From an uncultured Gemmatimonadaceae bacterium (GTDB lineage Bacteria; Gemmatimonadota; Gemmatimonadetes; Gemmatimonadales; Gemmatimonadaceae), in NCBI GenBank assembly GCA_963829055.1, contig CAWHHI010000016.1:864001-928000 (forward strand): 64,000 nt of DNA, in the 5' to 3' direction. Under the pieces are notes generated by a model that worked only from the letters and a program-made list of their open reading frames with translations, did not search any database and had not been told where the DNA came from. Shown piece by piece: positions 63,295 to 64,000 of this stretch. Within the stretch, counting starts at the first letter, position 1, and the number at the start of each line of letters is the position of its first letter. A program made the position numbers and the translations under genes.

Positions 63295-64000
63295 GTCAGT
63301 CGCCTCCGCCTCCCGATCGGTTCGCCCTCTGCAGCCGGAGCAGAAGCTCCTGCGCCTTCTCGAAGTTCGGTGCATCCTCGAGCGCCCGCAGCACCTCGCG
63401 CCGCGCCGCCTGTGCTTCGCCCGCCTGGTAGTACGCGAGCGCGAGCTGATACAACGCCTCGGCGCGATCCACCGGGATTCAGCGCGACGACCGCCAACCG
63501 CTCACGCACCGTTCTCGGCTTGTCACCCGAGCCGACCGTAGAGGTTCGCGAGCCTAACGTGCAGCGCGCGCATCGTACGGCGAGATGAACATCGCGCGAT
63601 CGAGCGCCGCGGCGGCGCCCGCGCGTGTCGCCGAGTTGCTCGAGGACGGTCGCGAGCTCGACGTTCGCCGCGTAGTTGATCCTCGTTGCGAATCGTCAGC
63701 GCCGTCAGCTCCGCGGCTTCCGCGCGCGCGTTGCCCTTGGCCTTGTACGCCTGCGCCAGGAACCAGTACGGACTCTGCGCGCTCGCGTCCTCCGGGAACA
63801 GCGCCTTCGCCTGTCTCGAGCGCGGTGATCGCCTCGTCGTAGTTCTTCGTCTCGAACGCGCCGATGCCCGCGCGACAGTGCCCGCATGTATTCGCCGTCG
63901 ACGGCGGGTGCGCGCACCGCCGCATCGCCGCGCACGTCCTTCGGCTCGACCGCGGCGAGCCCCTTCGCGAACCGCTCCTTCAGGTACGCGTCGAACTTCG
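63291..64000 (-). CDS. TPR-containing protein, C-terminal part (runs off window end)
   Basis: AFETKNYDEAITALE, AQSPYWFLAQAY, EALYQLALAYYQAG, APNFEKAQELLLRL. Confidence 0.8.

Overview
High-GC (about 68-70% by eye) bacterial chromosomal segment. Gene content and protein style suggest Gemmatimonadota (Gemmatimonadaceae-like); this is an inference. Nearly every gene, including essential ones (tilS, hpt, icd), is split across reading frames by single-base indels. This indicates an unpolished long-read assembly rather than pseudogenes, so CDS boundaries below were stitched by hand and are approximate. Content: tilS-hpt-ftsH; lemA-htpX; many peptidases/hydrolases (S9, M48, M1, M55, MXAN_6640-like, two serine hydrolases); ABC exporter; stand-alone pntA; CruG-like glycosyltransferase; DEAD-box helicase; fadN-thiolase; icd; SET protein-hypothetical-fahA-ridA; BTAD/TPR regulator; TerC; and a TPR-2xDUF4159-MoxR-DUF58-BatA/vWA-coiled-coil operon. 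No rRNA, tRNA, CRISPR array or transposase was seen. Main unexplained signals: (1) the non-palindromic motif CGTTAGG(C), found 49 times in both orientations, inside genes and at stop codons, resembling a DNA-uptake-sequence or HIP1-type iterated motif; (2) a cassette of AraC regulator, perfect palindrome, small lipopeptide ORF and TPR protein resembling a peptide-signalling system; (3) three GTCATYCCGAGCG palindromic elements and a family of 7-nt-period intergenic repeats.
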